Below the pieces are notes generated by a model. It saw only the letters and a list, made by a program, of their open reading frames with translations. It did no database searches and was not told the DNA's origin. The position numbers and the translations under genes are program-made. Below are positions 30,926-41,378 of a stretch of 64,000 nucleotides of DNA, in pieces (positions within the stretch are counted from its first letter, which is position 1; each line of letters opens with the position of its first letter). This DNA comes from Alphaproteobacteria bacterium (GTDB lineage: Bacteria > Pseudomonadota > Alphaproteobacteria > UBA828): the NCBI GenBank assembly GCA_965237415.1, contig CBDEFM010000002.1:352001-416000 (forward strand), read 5' to 3'.

Positions 30926-31424
30926 TCAAACTGAGACGCGAGCATTTGGATGGGAGCCGGCGTCGATGGCGGCAAGGAACGGCGCGGCGAGTTCCTGCAG
31001 CTTGGCGGCGCCGACACCGTTGATCTCGGCGAGCTCCTCTCTGGTGCGTGGCCGCCGACGTACCATGTCGATCAGGGTGCGATCGTGGAACACGACATAG
31101 GCCGGTACACCGCGCTCTTTGGCCAGTTCCAGCCTTAGCGCCTTGAGCACGGCGAGCAGGCTCGCCTGATCGCCGGTCAAGGTGTCCACAGGTTTCTCTC
31201 GCCGGGTTTCGCCCGGCGCAGGCGAAGGGGGCGCGACCACGGTGTCGGCGCGGTAGTGGAAGGTGCCGTCGCCGCGTAGAAGGTTGAGGCCCTCGTCGGT
31301 GATCGCGAGCCCCCCATAGCCCGCGATGTCGAGCCGCAGGAACTCCGTCGCAACCATCCGGCGGATCAGCGAGCGCCAGTCGTTCTTGCCGCGGCCGGCG
31401 CCAACCCCGAAGACCGGAAGCCGC
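30926..31424 (-). pseudogene. recQ: RecQ C-terminal part (end of RQC plus HRDC)
   Basis: RLPVFGVG..WRSLIRR..YGGLAIT; LKALRLELAKERGVPAYVVFHDRTL..INGVGAAKL. Confidence 0.85.
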
Positions 31425-31819
31425 ATGCTGTGCATCCTCGACGAGTTCAGCCGGGAGGCGCTGGCCATCAAGGTCGGCCGCAGGCTCGCCGCCCTCGGTG
31501 CGCGCACCGTCTACATCGAGAAGGCCAGCCCGTGGGAGAACGGCTATGTCGAGAGCTTTAACGGCAAGTTCAGGGACGAGCTGCTCAACGGCGAGATCTT
31601 CTATACCCTCAGGGAGGCAAGGATCATGATCGAGGCGTGGCGGCGTCACTTACAACACGATCAGGCCGCATTCTACAGGCCGCCCGCTCCCGAGGTCGTG
31701 CCGTGGCCGGCCTCGCCGGCGCTTGAGAGCGCTCGGCCGGCCACACTAACCATGGCCTCGTCGACAACACTCAACTAACATTTCACCTGGACCACTCGGA
31801 GGCCGTGGGGGCCGGTCAG
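31425..31819 (+). mobile_element. IS3-family OrfB fragment with right end
   Basis: MLCILDEFSREALAI, SPWENGYVESFNGKFRDELLN; internal deletion; end ..ggggccggtca. Confidence 0.8.
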
Positions 31820-32092
31820 TCCCCGGTCGCGCCGACGGGCTAGAGGGTGGAGCAAGTTGTTCAATCCGACCCTGCCCGGTATCTGGACTCGGCGGGACCG
31901 GTTCAGGATGCTGCGGCCAGAGTCGCACCTCCGCCAGTTGCAGAAAACCCTCCCTGGTTTGCGCCGGCATCGGATTCCAGTAGGCTGCCCGGCAGACTGG
32001 CATAGACTGGCCGCGAACCGCGCCTGTCCCCTGCCTTCTGCGCCGGCAGGGGATTTGCGCTTCGCAAACCGAAATGGAGGAGGTCGTAGCCC

Positions 32093-33100
32093 ATGTACAA
32101 ATCTGCTCTCGCATTTGTGGCCGCCGCCGTGGCTTTGGCAGGGACTGCTAGCGCCCAGGAAGACATGCCATTCGCGCTTGACTGGAAGTTCGAAGGTCCC
32201 TCCGCGCCGTATTTTGCGGCCATCGACAACGGCCATTTCGAAGCCGCCGGCCTCAACGTCGAGATCTCCGCCGGCCAGGGCTCTCTGGATGCCATCCCCA
32301 AGGTAGCCACCGGTGCCTTCCCGATCGGCTTCGCGGACATCAACTCTCTGGTCAAGTTCCTGGACCAGAATCCCGGTGCACCGGTCATCGCCGTCATGAT
32401 GGTTTATGACAAGCCGCCTTTCGCCGTCGTCGGCCGCAAGAGCCTCGGCGTCATGGTGCCGAAGGATCTCGAGGGGCGGGTGCTCGGAGCGCCTCCGCCG
32501 GATGGTGCCTGGGCCCAATTCCCGGCCTTTGCCACTGCCAACGACCTCGATGTCGACAAGATCACCGTCGAGCCCGTTGGTTTCCCAACCCGCGAGCCGA
32601 TGCTCGCAGAAGGCCATGTGGATGCCGTTACAGGCTTTTCCTTCTCGTCCTTCCTGAATCTCGTCCGCCTCGGCGTACCAGAGGACGACATTTCGACCAT
32701 ACTGATGGCAGATTACGGTCTCGCGCTCTACGGGAACGCGATCATCGTAAACACTGATTATGCGGCAGCCAACGCCGACAAGGTTACAGGTTTCATCACT
32801 GCGGTGGCGAAGGGGTGGAAGGATGCCATCGCCGATCCGGCGAAGGCCATTGAGTCGCTAGTGAAGCGGAACCCCGCCGCCGATGCGGCGCTTGAGACTC
32901 GTCGGCTTCAGCTTTCCATCGACGCCAATGTGCTCACGGACTACACGAGCGCCAACGGAATCGGCGGCATCGATTCTGCGCGCTTCGAGAAGGCGCTGAT
33001 GCAGATCGCGGAGAGCTACGAGTTCCAGAACGAGCCGGACGCTTCGCTCTATTTCACGGATGCATATCTGCCTGCGGCTGAAATGAGAATGCTCCAGTAA
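32093..33100 (+). CDS. ABC transporter substrate-binding protein (NitT/TauT, NMT1/THI5-like)
   Basis: Signal peptide, LDWKFEGPSAPYF, GQGSLD, LYGNAII. Confidence 0.9.
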   Translation: MYKSALAFVAAAVALAGTASAQEDMPFALDWKFEGPSAPYFAAIDNGHFEAAGLNVEISAGQGSLDAIPKVATGAFPIGFADINSLVKFLDQNPGAPVIAVMMVYDKPPFAVVGRKSLGVMVPKDLEGRVLGAPPPDGAWAQFPAFATANDLDVDKITVEPVGFPTREPMLAEGHVDAVTGFSFSSFLNLVRLGVPEDDISTILMADYGLALYGNAIIVNTDYAAANADKVTGFITAVAKGWKDAIADPAKAIESLVKRNPAADAALETRRLQLSIDANVLTDYTSANGIGGIDSARFEKALMQIAESYEFQNEPDASLYFTDAYLPAAEMRMLQ

Positions 33101-33215
33101 CCTGACCGCGGCAGAGTATGCTGCATGCGCCGGCCGGGGAGGCGGATTCGGTGGGAACAACCTCTCCGGCCGGCGGCCAAACGCAGGGTGTCGGCCTGTC
33201 AGCGGGCGGCCTCGT

Positions 33216-34010
33216 ATGGATGCCCTGATCGACATAAGGGACGTCAAGCTTAGCTATGAGACGGAGGGCGGAAGGCTGCCCGTCCTCGATGGCGTCGAGA
33301 TGCAGGTTCCCGAGGGCGGCTTTGTGGCCGTGGTCGGCCCGTCCGGTTGCGGCAAGTCAACCCTCACGCGCTTGATCGCCGGCTTGCTGAAGCCGGATGC
33401 GGGCGAAGTCTGGCTTCACGGGCAGCGGGTTACGGGCCCGAAGTCCTCGGTCGGAATGGCGTTCCAGAACCCGGTCCTGCTTGAATGGCGTTCCGTACTG
33501 CGGAACGTGACACTGCCGCTTGAGCTAGTGGCCCCGCGCATGCCAAAGCGGGAGAAAGAGGAGCGCGCGCGGCAGCTTCTGGCCCTCGTCGGCCTCGAGG
33601 GATTTGAGGACAAGCGACCGAGTGAGCTTTCGGGCGGCATGCGCCAGCGCGCTTCGCTTTGCCGTTCAATCGTGCACAAGCCGGAAGTGCTTATCCTCGA
33701 TGAGCCTTTCGGGGCGCTGGATGCGTTCACGCGCGAAGACCTCTGGCAGACGATGCACAAGGTGAAGTCGGAGGAGCCGTTCACCGGCGTAATGATCACA
33801 CACGATCTTCGGGAATCGATCTTTCTGGCGGATGCGGTGATCGTGCTTTCCGGCCGTCCGGCGGTCACGCAATACACGATGGAGGTCCCGTGGAAGGGTG
33901 AACGGGATCTCGGCCGCCTCTACACCCCGGAGGCGACAGAAATGCTGGGGGAACTTCGGCACCAGATTGAGATTGCGCAGGGCAGGTCCCCACGGGAGGC
34001 GGCCGTATGA
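33216..34010 (+). CDS. ABC transporter ATP-binding protein (NitT/TauT)
   Basis: GPSGCGKST, LSGGMRQR, LDEPFGALDAFTRE. Confidence 0.93.
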   Translation: MDALIDIRDVKLSYETEGGRLPVLDGVEMQVPEGGFVAVVGPSGCGKSTLTRLIAGLLKPDAGEVWLHGQRVTGPKSSVGMAFQNPVLLEWRSVLRNVTLPLELVAPRMPKREKEERARQLLALVGLEGFEDKRPSELSGGMRQRASLCRSIVHKPEVLILDEPFGALDAFTREDLWQTMHKVKSEEPFTGVMITHDLRESIFLADAVIVLSGRPAVTQYTMEVPWKGERDLGRLYTPEATEMLGELRHQIEIAQGRSPREAAV

Positions 34011-34765
34011 ACTGGCGCGTTTTTGCGCCGGTTTTCGCGCTCGTCGTGGTCGGCCTGTTGTGGGAGGCCCTGGTGTGGGTGAATGACTGGCCGAACTACA
34101 AGATGGCCTCACCCTCGGATCTTGGACCTGCCTTCTGGAAGTTCCGCTGGCTATTCCTTGAGTACGGATGGGACACGCTGTGGCGAACCGTGGCGGGGCT
34201 CGTACTGTCCGTGTTCGCCGGCGTGCTTCTCGGCATGATCATGGGACTAAACCGGACCATGCGGGATGCGCTTTACCCGCTGCTTGTTGGCTTCAACGCC
34301 ATACCCAAGGCGACCGTCGTCCCCATCATCGCGCTGCTGTTTGTCGGCCTGCACGATATGAACACGATCCTGATTGCGTTCCTCATTTCCTTCTTTCCAA
34401 TCGCCGTTTCCGTCTCGATCGGCCTGTCCACGCTCGAGCCGGAATACCGTGACATCCTCGCCGCGCTCGGCGCGTCCCGTTTCACGATCTTCTGGAAGAT
34501 CGCGCTTCCGAAGACGCTGCCGGAGTTCTTCGGGGCTCTCAAGGTCGCGGTAACGCTTGCCTTCATTGGCACGAACCTGATGGAGATCGTGGAACCACAT
34601 GGACGCGGACTTGGCCATCTATTCGACAGCGGCAAGATCAGCGCGAACTATCCCCTGATGTTTGCTGTGCTCATTGCGCTCGCGGCCCTTGGTATTGTGC
34701 TCTTCTACGTCGTCGTGGTGCTGGAGCGCATCTTCGCTGGCTGGGCTGAGCGCTCACCGACATGA
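34007..34765 (+). CDS. ABC transporter permease (NitT/TauT)
   Basis: FNAIPKATVVP, FFPI, GASRFTIFWKIALP, GLG; ATGA overlap. Confidence 0.92.
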   Translation: MNWRVFAPVFALVVVGLLWEALVWVNDWPNYKMASPSDLGPAFWKFRWLFLEYGWDTLWRTVAGLVLSVFAGVLLGMIMGLNRTMRDALYPLLVGFNAIPKATVVPIIALLFVGLHDMNTILIAFLISFFPIAVSVSIGLSTLEPEYRDILAALGASRFTIFWKIALPKTLPEFFGALKVAVTLAFIGTNLMEIVEPHGRGLGHLFDSGKISANYPLMFAVLIALAALGIVLFYVVVVLERIFAGWAERSPT

Positions 34766-35107
34766 CTCGCTTTGAAATTCACCGGACTCACGCGGTGTTT
34801 CGCCCGTGTTCAGGCGGCCAATCGCCAGTCGCGATTCCGCTTACTGCTTGAGCGTGGCTGGCTTGACCCGGTGCTGTCGCCACCGCCATCACCCGCTGAC
34901 CGAAGCCTTACGACGGGCTCGCTAACCGTTCCGTCGAGCCGTGGAATGGTTCTGCCGGCCACTGAGTTCGGCGCGTCCAGCCGAACGACTTTCTCTCACA
35001 GCGGCCGTTCGACACCTTCGCCCATCCCAGCCATGATAGGCTGGAAGGGTGGCGAAAGGTTGACGGTCATCAAGGCTTGCCCCAATGGCTACTGCCCATG
35101 CAAAACT

Positions 35108-35225
35108 TGATGACCGAAGCGCACGATCTTCTCGGTCTTGCTTCCCCGCAGGATGTCGATCATATGCGCAGCGCCGAAGCGCTCGCCGGAGCGCTGGACC
35201 GTCGAGAGGACCATCCGTGCCTCCT
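35108..35225 (-). pseudogene. recQ: RecQ RQC-domain fragment (upstream half of the split recQ)
   Basis: Manual translation EARMVLSTVQRSGERFGAAHMIDILRGSKTEKIVRFGH (not in the ORF track). Confidence 0.8.
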
Positions 35226-35644
35226 CGACCCCGTGTGCCTCGCGGTGATCGTCGATGAACCCGATCATGGCTTGAACCGGCGGTCGAGCTCCGCCTGGGC
35301 AAAATAGGCGCTCGCCTTGCGCAGGATCTCGTTGACCTGCCGGAGGTCGCGGTTCTCACGCTCCAGGGCTTTCAACCGCTCGGCGACCTCGCTGGGGACG
35401 CCGGCGCGCACGCCGCTGTCGCGCTCGAACCTCTTCACCCACTCATTGAGCGTCTGCGCCGTGCAGCCGATCTTCCCAGCTATCGAGGAAACAGCCGCCT
35501 AACGCGAGGCGTGTTCGCCCTCGTGATCCACAACCATCCGCACCGCACGGGCGCGAACCTCAGAAGAAAACCTGTTCCTTGTCTTGCTCATAATGGCTCC
35601 ACTTTCTCAAGAGTTGGAGCCACCGCCAAACCCGGAGCGGTTCA
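35226..35644 (-). mobile_element. IS3-family left end, OrfA with a nonsense codon, and start of OrfB
   Basis: IRL tgaaccgctccgggtt; [31 protein letters not shown]; Orf[16 protein letters not shown] truncated. Confidence 0.85.
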
Positions 35645-35754
35645 GTTGCAGCAAAAGACGGTCCCACTATGGCATTTGATTTGAGTGGTGCGGGTGGAGA
35701 GATCACGGCGTGCGAAGAAGACATCTGAATAGGTCAGGAATAGATGTAGGTGGT

Positions 35755-37860
35755 CTATTCCAGCGTCACCCGGTAGTTGCCGAGCGCGTCGATGACGGCC
35801 GTCGCGTCCTCGGGCACGAGGACGGTGGTCGTGGCTTCTTCGACGATGGCGGGGCCGGCGATCTGGGCGCCGGGTGAAAGGTCGTTGCCGCGATAGACCG
35901 AGACCGTCTCCGGGGCGTCGCGGCTGGGCAGGTGAACGAGGCGCCTGCCGTGAGGGCGTGCTTCGTGCGCGGCCGCTGCGCCTTCCGCAGGCGCGAGGTC
36001 GGCGGCAGCGGGCCCGATGGCGCGCACCTTCCAGGTGGTGAACTCGACGAGATCGTCCTCGTTCTTGATCGTGTAGATGCGCTCGTGCATCCGGTGGAAG
36101 CCGTCGGCGAGGCCCGGCACATCGGCGGCGGCAAGCGCGCCGTCACGCGCGCTATTCTCCCGCGCGCCGTCACGCGCGACGAACGGCACCTCGATCTCCC
36201 ACGACTGGTACTGGTAGCGGCCGAGATAGGCGTACTCGAAGCGCTGGTCGGGCTCGGCGATGCCCGCGCGCGCAAGGAAGGCGCGGCCCCGCTCCTCCAG
36301 TTCGGCGAGCACCCCGTTGACACCTTCGAGATCGAAGCGGGCGGCGTCGGTGACGAGCGTCGCCGTCTCCTCCCACACGATATCGGAGATGAGGCCGCCG
36401 AAGGCGCTGAGGCCCGCTGAGAACTTGGGCACCATGTAGCCCTTGATGTCGAGCACCCGCGCCATCTGCCCCATGTGCATGGCGGTGGCGCCGCCGCCGG
36501 CGACGAAGTAGCTCTCGCGCGGGTCGATCCCCTCCTGCACGGTGATGTCCTCGATGGCGGCGATCATGGTGTGATCCACCGTGCTCGCGATGACGCGGGC
36601 CGCGACAGCAAGCTCAATGCCGAGCGCATCCGCGATGGTGCCGACGGCCTTCTCCGCCGCGCCCTTGTCGAGGTGCATCCTGCCGCCGAGGAAGTAGTCG
36701 GGGTCGATGATGCCGAGCACCACATCGGCATCGGTGACGGTCGGCCGCATACCGCCGAGGCCGTAGCAGGCGGGGCCGGGGTCCGCGCCGGCGCTCTCCG
36801 GCCCCACGCGGAGCAGTCCGCCGGCGTCCACATGGGCGATGGAGCCGCCGCCGGCTCCCACTGAGCGCACGTCCACCTTGGGGATGCCCAACATGTCGAA
36901 CTCGGTCAGCATCGCCTCAGGCGAGATGACGAGCTGGCCGTCGCGCACGGCGGAGACGTCGAACGAGGTGCCGCCCATGTCGACCACCACAAGATCGGGC
37001 GCATCCGTGAGCCTTCTGGCGGCGACCGGCGCCAGCGTCGGCCCCGACATCACGCTGTAGATCGGCCGCTCGGCGATTTCGTCCGGCGGCATCATGCCGC
37101 CCAGGCAGTTCGCGATCATCAGCTCGTTGCCGTAGCCGCTCTCCCGCAGGCTCCGGTCGAGCGCGTGGACATAGGCGCTCACCACCGGCCTGAGCGCAGC
37201 GTCGATGACGGCAGAGACCGTACGGCGATATTCGCGGGCAATCGGGTTGAGCCGGTGGCTGAGCGTCACCGGAACTTCGGGCCAGGCGCCCTTGACGATC
37301 TCGCCCACGCGCCGCTCGTGGCTGCCGTTCACCACCGACCACAGCAGGCAGACCGCGACCGCCTCCACGCCCAGCTTCCGAAAATCCTCGACCGCTGCGA
37401 GAACGTCCTCCTCCTCCAGCGGCGTGTGCTCCGCGCCGGTGGCGTCGATCCGCCCGCGCACGCCACGCGTCCTGATCCGGGGCACGAAGGGCGCGGGATA
37501 GGTGAGGCGCCACTGAAACGGCGGCTTTCGGGGCGCTTCGCGCAGCGTGAGTATGTCGCGGAAGCCGTGGGTGCAGATCAGCCCGACGGTCGCGTGCTTG
37601 CCCTCCAGCAGCGCGTTGGTCGACACCGTCGTGCCGTGGACGACGCGCTCTACCCGAGCCATGAAGTCCGGGAGCGCTCGCCCGTAGCCATCGGCCGCCA
37701 GCTTCAGCGCATTCATGAAGCCAAGCTCGAACGCGGCGGGCGTGGACGGCGTCTTGAAAATGCTTAAGTGCTGGCCAGCGTCCGAGACGACGCAGTCGGT
37801 AAAGGTGCCGCCGATATCGATGCAGACCCGGTAATCCCCGGGCGGGGAAGCAGCGGCCAT
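35755..37860 (-). CDS. Hydantoinase/oxoprolinase subunit A family (ATP-dependent)
   Basis: IDIGGTFTD, HGTTVSTNA, EYRRT, SGP, DMGGTSFD, VGAGGGS, PESAGADPGPACY. Confidence 0.93.
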   Translation of the reverse strand: MAAASPPGDYRVCIDIGGTFTDCVVSDAGQHLSIFKTPSTPAAFELGFMNALKLAADGYGRALPDFMARVERVVHGTTVSTNALLEGKHATVGLICTHGFRDILTLREAPRKPPFQWRLTYPAPFVPRIRTRGVRGRIDATGAEHTPLEEEDVLAAVEDFRKLGVEAVAVCLLWSVVNGSHERRVGEIVKGAWPEVPVTLSHRLNPIAREYRRTVSAVIDAALRPVVSAYVHALDRSLRESGYGNELMIANCLGGMMPPDEIAERPIYSVMSGPTLAPVAARRLTDAPDLVVVDMGGTSFDVSAVRDGQLVISPEAMLTEFDMLGIPKVDVRSVGAGGGSIAHVDAGGLLRVGPESAGADPGPACYGLGGMRPTVTDADVVLGIIDPDYFLGGRMHLDKGAAEKAVGTIADALGIELAVAARVIASTVDHTMIAAIEDITVQEGIDPRESYFVAGGGATAMHMGQMARVLDIKGYMVPKFSAGLSAFGGLISDIVWEETATLVTDAARFDLEGVNGVLAELEERGRAFLARAGIAEPDQRFEYAYLGRYQYQSWEIEVPFVARDGARENSARDGALAAADVPGLADGFHRMHERIYTIKNEDDLVEFTTWKVRAIGPAAADLAPAEGAAAAHEARPHGRRLVHLPSRDAPETVSVYRGNDLSPGAQIAGPAIVEEATTTVLVPEDATAVIDALGNYRVTLE

Positions 37861-39708
37861 CTAGTTGCCGGCCCCGCCATTCCGGGCCTGTCTCAGCCGT
37901 GTCGTTTCTTCAGGGTCGACCTCATGCTGGATGCCGTCGGCGGCGTGGCGGAGGGCGACGGCATAAACCTCCGCGGCCTTCTCCAGGCTGAGCCAGCCGT
38001 TGTCGACCGCACGCGCGACTGCCGCCGGATCGCGCCGGGCGGGGGCGCCGTAGCCGCCGCCGGCGGTGGTGACGAAGCGGAACATTTCGCCGGGCGCGCA
38101 ACGCTCCTCGTGGAAGGAGGGGAGGGTGACGAGAGTGCCGCCGGCGGTGCGCTTCTGGTTGATCGAGGGCGCGCCGTCGCTGCCGCCGCGCACGCCCTTC
38201 GACGGATAGGTGTCGCCGTCGCTGCAATAGACCGCGGTCATCTCGCCCGCGACGGGGCCGTAGACGGCGAGCGTACCCGGCGCGCCGTCCCACTCGCCGT
38301 GGCCCAAGGTGTCGATGGCAAGCTCCCGGCACTCGAAGTGGATGGGGAACATGCTCTCGTCCACCTCGGTGGGGGAGAGGATTTGCATGCCGCCGTCCAC
38401 CGGCCCGCCGTAGGTGACCCAGCCGTCGTGCCCCGGCAGCCCCGGCCCGCCGCCGAAGCCGATGAACATCTGGTTGACGTAGGTCTGGCCGTCCCGCCTG
38501 GGGTCCTCGCCCGAGATCACGGCGAGACCCAGCGCCTGCTGATAGCCGCCTTCGGCCATGCCATGCGTCGGCCCGATCTGGGCGAAGCAGCAGGAGACCG
38601 CGTTGACGAGCCGGTCGGTGACGTTGGTCGTGGCGACCGAGGTGCCGACGGGGTAGCGCGGCCGGCCGACGATGCAGTTGTCGCGCAGCAGCACACGGAT
38701 GCGCCGTGCGCTGCCCTCGTTATGGGGGATGGTATGGTCGATGTTGTAGAAGGCGCCGGCGCGACAGGCGGCAATCGAGCAGGTCTCGCTCAGGTTCAGT
38801 CCGCTCGGGATGCAATCGATATTGTCGCGCACATCGACGGTGATCGTCGCCTCGTCGGGATCGACGGTCACGGAAGCCCGGACCGGAATCCCCTCGTCGG
38901 CGACGCCCGGCAACGGATCGTGCCGGTTCTCGTAAGACCAGGTGCCGGCCGGCAGAGTCCTGATGGCGGCGGCGGCGCGGCGCTCGCCATAGGCCATCCA
39001 GGCCTCGACGAATTCGGCGATGGTCTCCGGCCCGTATTTCTCCACCAGCTCCTTGATCCGGCGCTCCGCCGTGCGGCAGGCGCCTACCTGAGCCAGATAG
39101 TCGCCGTACCAGAGATCGGGCACCCGCACCTTGATCCTGGCCATGCGGATAATGTCGCGGAGTTCCTTGTAGCCCCGCTCCACACGGACGCAGGGGAAAT
39201 GCAGACCCTCCTCATAAATCGTCTTGGCGTAGGGCAGGTAGGTCGACGGGATCGGCGCGCCGACATCGGCATGGTGGGCGCGCGAGACGGTCCAGAAGAG
39301 CGGCTTGCCGTTGAAGTACACGGGCACGCAGAGCGTGAGGTCCGCGTGGTGCGTGACTCCCGTGTAGGGGCAGTTGTTGAGGAAGGCGTCGCCCTCTTCG
39401 ATATCGTCGAAGAGCTCGGTGAGCGGCCGGGTCGTGAGGTCGATGGCCGCCGCGTGCACCGGGATGCACTCCTCGATGCAGACCAGCCGGTGATCGTAGG
39501 TGAGGATGGCGCAGGACATGTCGCGCGCGATCTTGATAACGCCCGACTTGCTGGCGCGCAGCACGCAGTTGCTCATCTCGCGCAGGATGGCGCCGAAGCG
39601 GCTGGAGAGAACCGAGAGCAGCATCGGGTCGAAGTCCGGCGCCGCCGCCGTCATCGCGCCGCCGCCGACGGTGATCGTATCGAATTCGGAGAGGGGCTGG
39701 TCTTCCAT
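37861..39708 (-). CDS. Hydantoinase B/oxoprolinase family protein
   Basis: EM..ARDMSCAI, NCPYTGVTHHAD, RAHHADVG, YEEGL, GGGYG; start at 39708 or 39654. Confidence 0.9.
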   Translation of the reverse strand: MEDQPLSEFDTITVGGGAMTAAAPDFDPMLLSVLSSRFGAILREMSNCVLRASKSGVIKIARDMSCAILTYDHRLVCIEECIPVHAAAIDLTTRPLTELFDDIEEGDAFLNNCPYTGVTHHADLTLCVPVYFNGKPLFWTVSRAHHADVGAPIPSTYLPYAKTIYEEGLHFPCVRVERGYKELRDIIRMARIKVRVPDLWYGDYLAQVGACRTAERRIKELVEKYGPETIAEFVEAWMAYGERRAAAAIRTLPAGTWSYENRHDPLPGVADEGIPVRASVTVDPDEATITVDVRDNIDCIPSGLNLSETCSIAACRAGAFYNIDHTIPHNEGSARRIRVLLRDNCIVGRPRYPVGTSVATTNVTDRLVNAVSCCFAQIGPTHGMAEGGYQQALGLAVISGEDPRRDGQTYVNQMFIGFGGGPGLPGHDGWVTYGGPVDGGMQILSPTEVDESMFPIHFECRELAIDTLGHGEWDGAPGTLAVYGPVAGEMTAVYCSDGDTYPSKGVRGGSDGAPSINQKRTAGGTLVTLPSFHEERCAPGEMFRFVTTAGGGYGAPARRDPAAVARAVDNGWLSLEKAAEVYAVALRHAADGIQHEVDPEETTRLRQARNGGAGN

Positions 39709-39713
39709 AGCGG

Positions 39714-41378
39714 CTACACCAGGTTGCGAAGGCTGGCGAGGTCGAAGGCGTCGTCGACGTCGAGCCAGTGGCCGGTGACGTAGTGCACGTCGATGGCAAC
39801 GCCCTGGCGGACGATGTAAGCGAAGACGTCGGGCAGGTCGGCGCGATCGAGGGTGCCGTCCTCGGTCAAGGCGTCGAGCGCGCCTCGCACCAGCGCAGCA
39901 CCGTCTTCGCTCAGCTTGACGAGGCCGATGAACTCGCCGTGAGCGCCGTCGGCCCCGGCCGCATCGCTCCCGATCGCTTCCAGCGTCACGCGGTCGTCGT
40001 CGAGATAGCCGCCGGTGAAGGGCCGGGAGCAGCGCACCCAGTCGACCGCGCGGTCGGGGGCGCGCGAGGAGTCGGGCAGGCGTCGTGCGTCCACCACCGT
40101 AACGATGTCGCCGTCGGCGGCGAGGAGCCCCTCCAGCACATGCCGGCGGAACAGGATATCGCCGTAGGAGACCAGGCACGGCCCGTAAAGCCGATTGTAG
40201 GCGCAGGCGAGGGAAGCGGCCTCGCCAGTCTCGTCGTAGCGATCGTTGTCGACCGCCTCGATGCCGGCGAGATCGATCGCCTCCTTGCGGTAGCCGCGCA
40301 CCACCGTCACGTCGCGCAGGCCGCTCTCGTTGAGCGTTCGGACGAGGCGTTGGAGCAGGGGCTCGCCGCGCACGTCGATCATGCACTTCGGGCGCCGCTC
40401 GGTAAGCGGGCCGAGCTTCTCGCCGCGCGAGGCGGCAAGCAGGATCGCGCGCTGACCGCCGCCCGCGGCGAGATAGCGCGCCTCGGCGGCAGCAAGCTCG
40501 GCCTGGCCGGTGAGCGAAAAGACCTCCCGCACGGGCGCGATCTCCTCCTCGACGGCGACGAGGGATTCGCTCTCCCTGATCGCCTTGCTCACCTGGCGCA
40601 TCGCGGACACCGCAGCCCGCATGTTGTGGTTCGCCCAGATCACCATGGAGACCCCGGCGTCCCGGAACGTCTGTGTCGGCGTGCGGTGATACATGGTCGG
40701 CACGATTACCACCGGCGCCCGGCCGCCCCAGGACTCGCAGAAGCCGGTGATCTCGTCGGCGGTCTCCTTCTTGGAGTGGATCAGCACCGCGTCGGCGCCG
40801 GCCCGGTGATAAGCCTCGGCCCGGCGCAGCGCCTCGTCCATGCCCCAGCCGGCGATCAGCGCCTCGACGCGCGCCACGATCTGGAAGTCGTCGTCGCTTT
40901 GGCTGTCCTTGCCCGCCTTGATACGGCCGCAGAACTCGTCCACGTCCGCCAGCGGCTGGTTCTCGCCGATGAAGGAGTTGGTCTTTGGGAACAACTTGTC
41001 CTCGATGCAGACCCCTGCAATGCCGCGCTGGCAAAGCTTTCTCACCAGGCGCCGCACGTTGTTGAAGTTGCCGTAGCCGGTGTCGCCATCCACGAGGATG
41101 GGGATCGTGGTGGCGTCGGCCATGAACTCCAGCATTTCGAGGACCTGGGTCCAGGAGGCCTCGTTGTTGTCGCGCACGCCGAGTGCGGCCGACATCGAGA
41201 GGCCCGAGGCCCAGATGCCCTCGAACCCGGCCTCTTCCACGATCTTGGCGGAGAGCCCGTTGTGCGCCTCCATGATGAAGGAGAGGGCAGGGGCGTGGAG
41301 CAGGCCGCGCAGCCGCGCGGCCTTGGACATCGTGGCAGCCTGCGCGTCCGCGCTGCCGATAGGAAGCCTTGTCGCCAT
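39714..41378 (-). CDS. pepM: Phosphoenolpyruvate mutase fused to a C-terminal nucleotidyltransferase
   Basis: [30 protein letters not shown] (PepM EDKxxxxxNS signature); C-terminal LAASRG..PKCMI..GY..SYGDI. Confidence 0.93.
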   Translation of the reverse strand: MATRLPIGSADAQAATMSKAARLRGLLHAPALSFIMEAHNGLSAKIVEEAGFEGIWASGLSMSAALGVRDNNEASWTQVLEMLEFMADATTIPILVDGDTGYGNFNNVRRLVRKLCQRGIAGVCIEDKLFPKTNSFIGENQPLADVDEFCGRIKAGKDSQSDDDFQIVARVEALIAGWGMDEALRRAEAYHRAGADAVLIHSKKETADEITGFCESWGGRAPVVIVPTMYHRTPTQTFRDAGVSMVIWANHNMRAAVSAMRQVSKAIRESESLVAVEEEIAPVREVFSLTGQAELAAAEARYLAAGGGQRAILLAASRGEKLGPLTERRPKCMIDVRGEPLLQRLVRTLNESGLRDVTVVRGYRKEAIDLAGIEAVDNDRYDETGEAASLACAYNRLYGPCLVSYGDILFRRHVLEGLLAADGDIVTVVDARRLPDSSRAPDRAVDWVRCSRPFTGGYLDDDRVTLEAIGSDAAGADGAHGEFIGLVKLSEDGAALVRGALDALTEDGTLDRADLPDVFAYIVRQGVAIDVHYVTGHWLDVDDAFDLASLRNLV

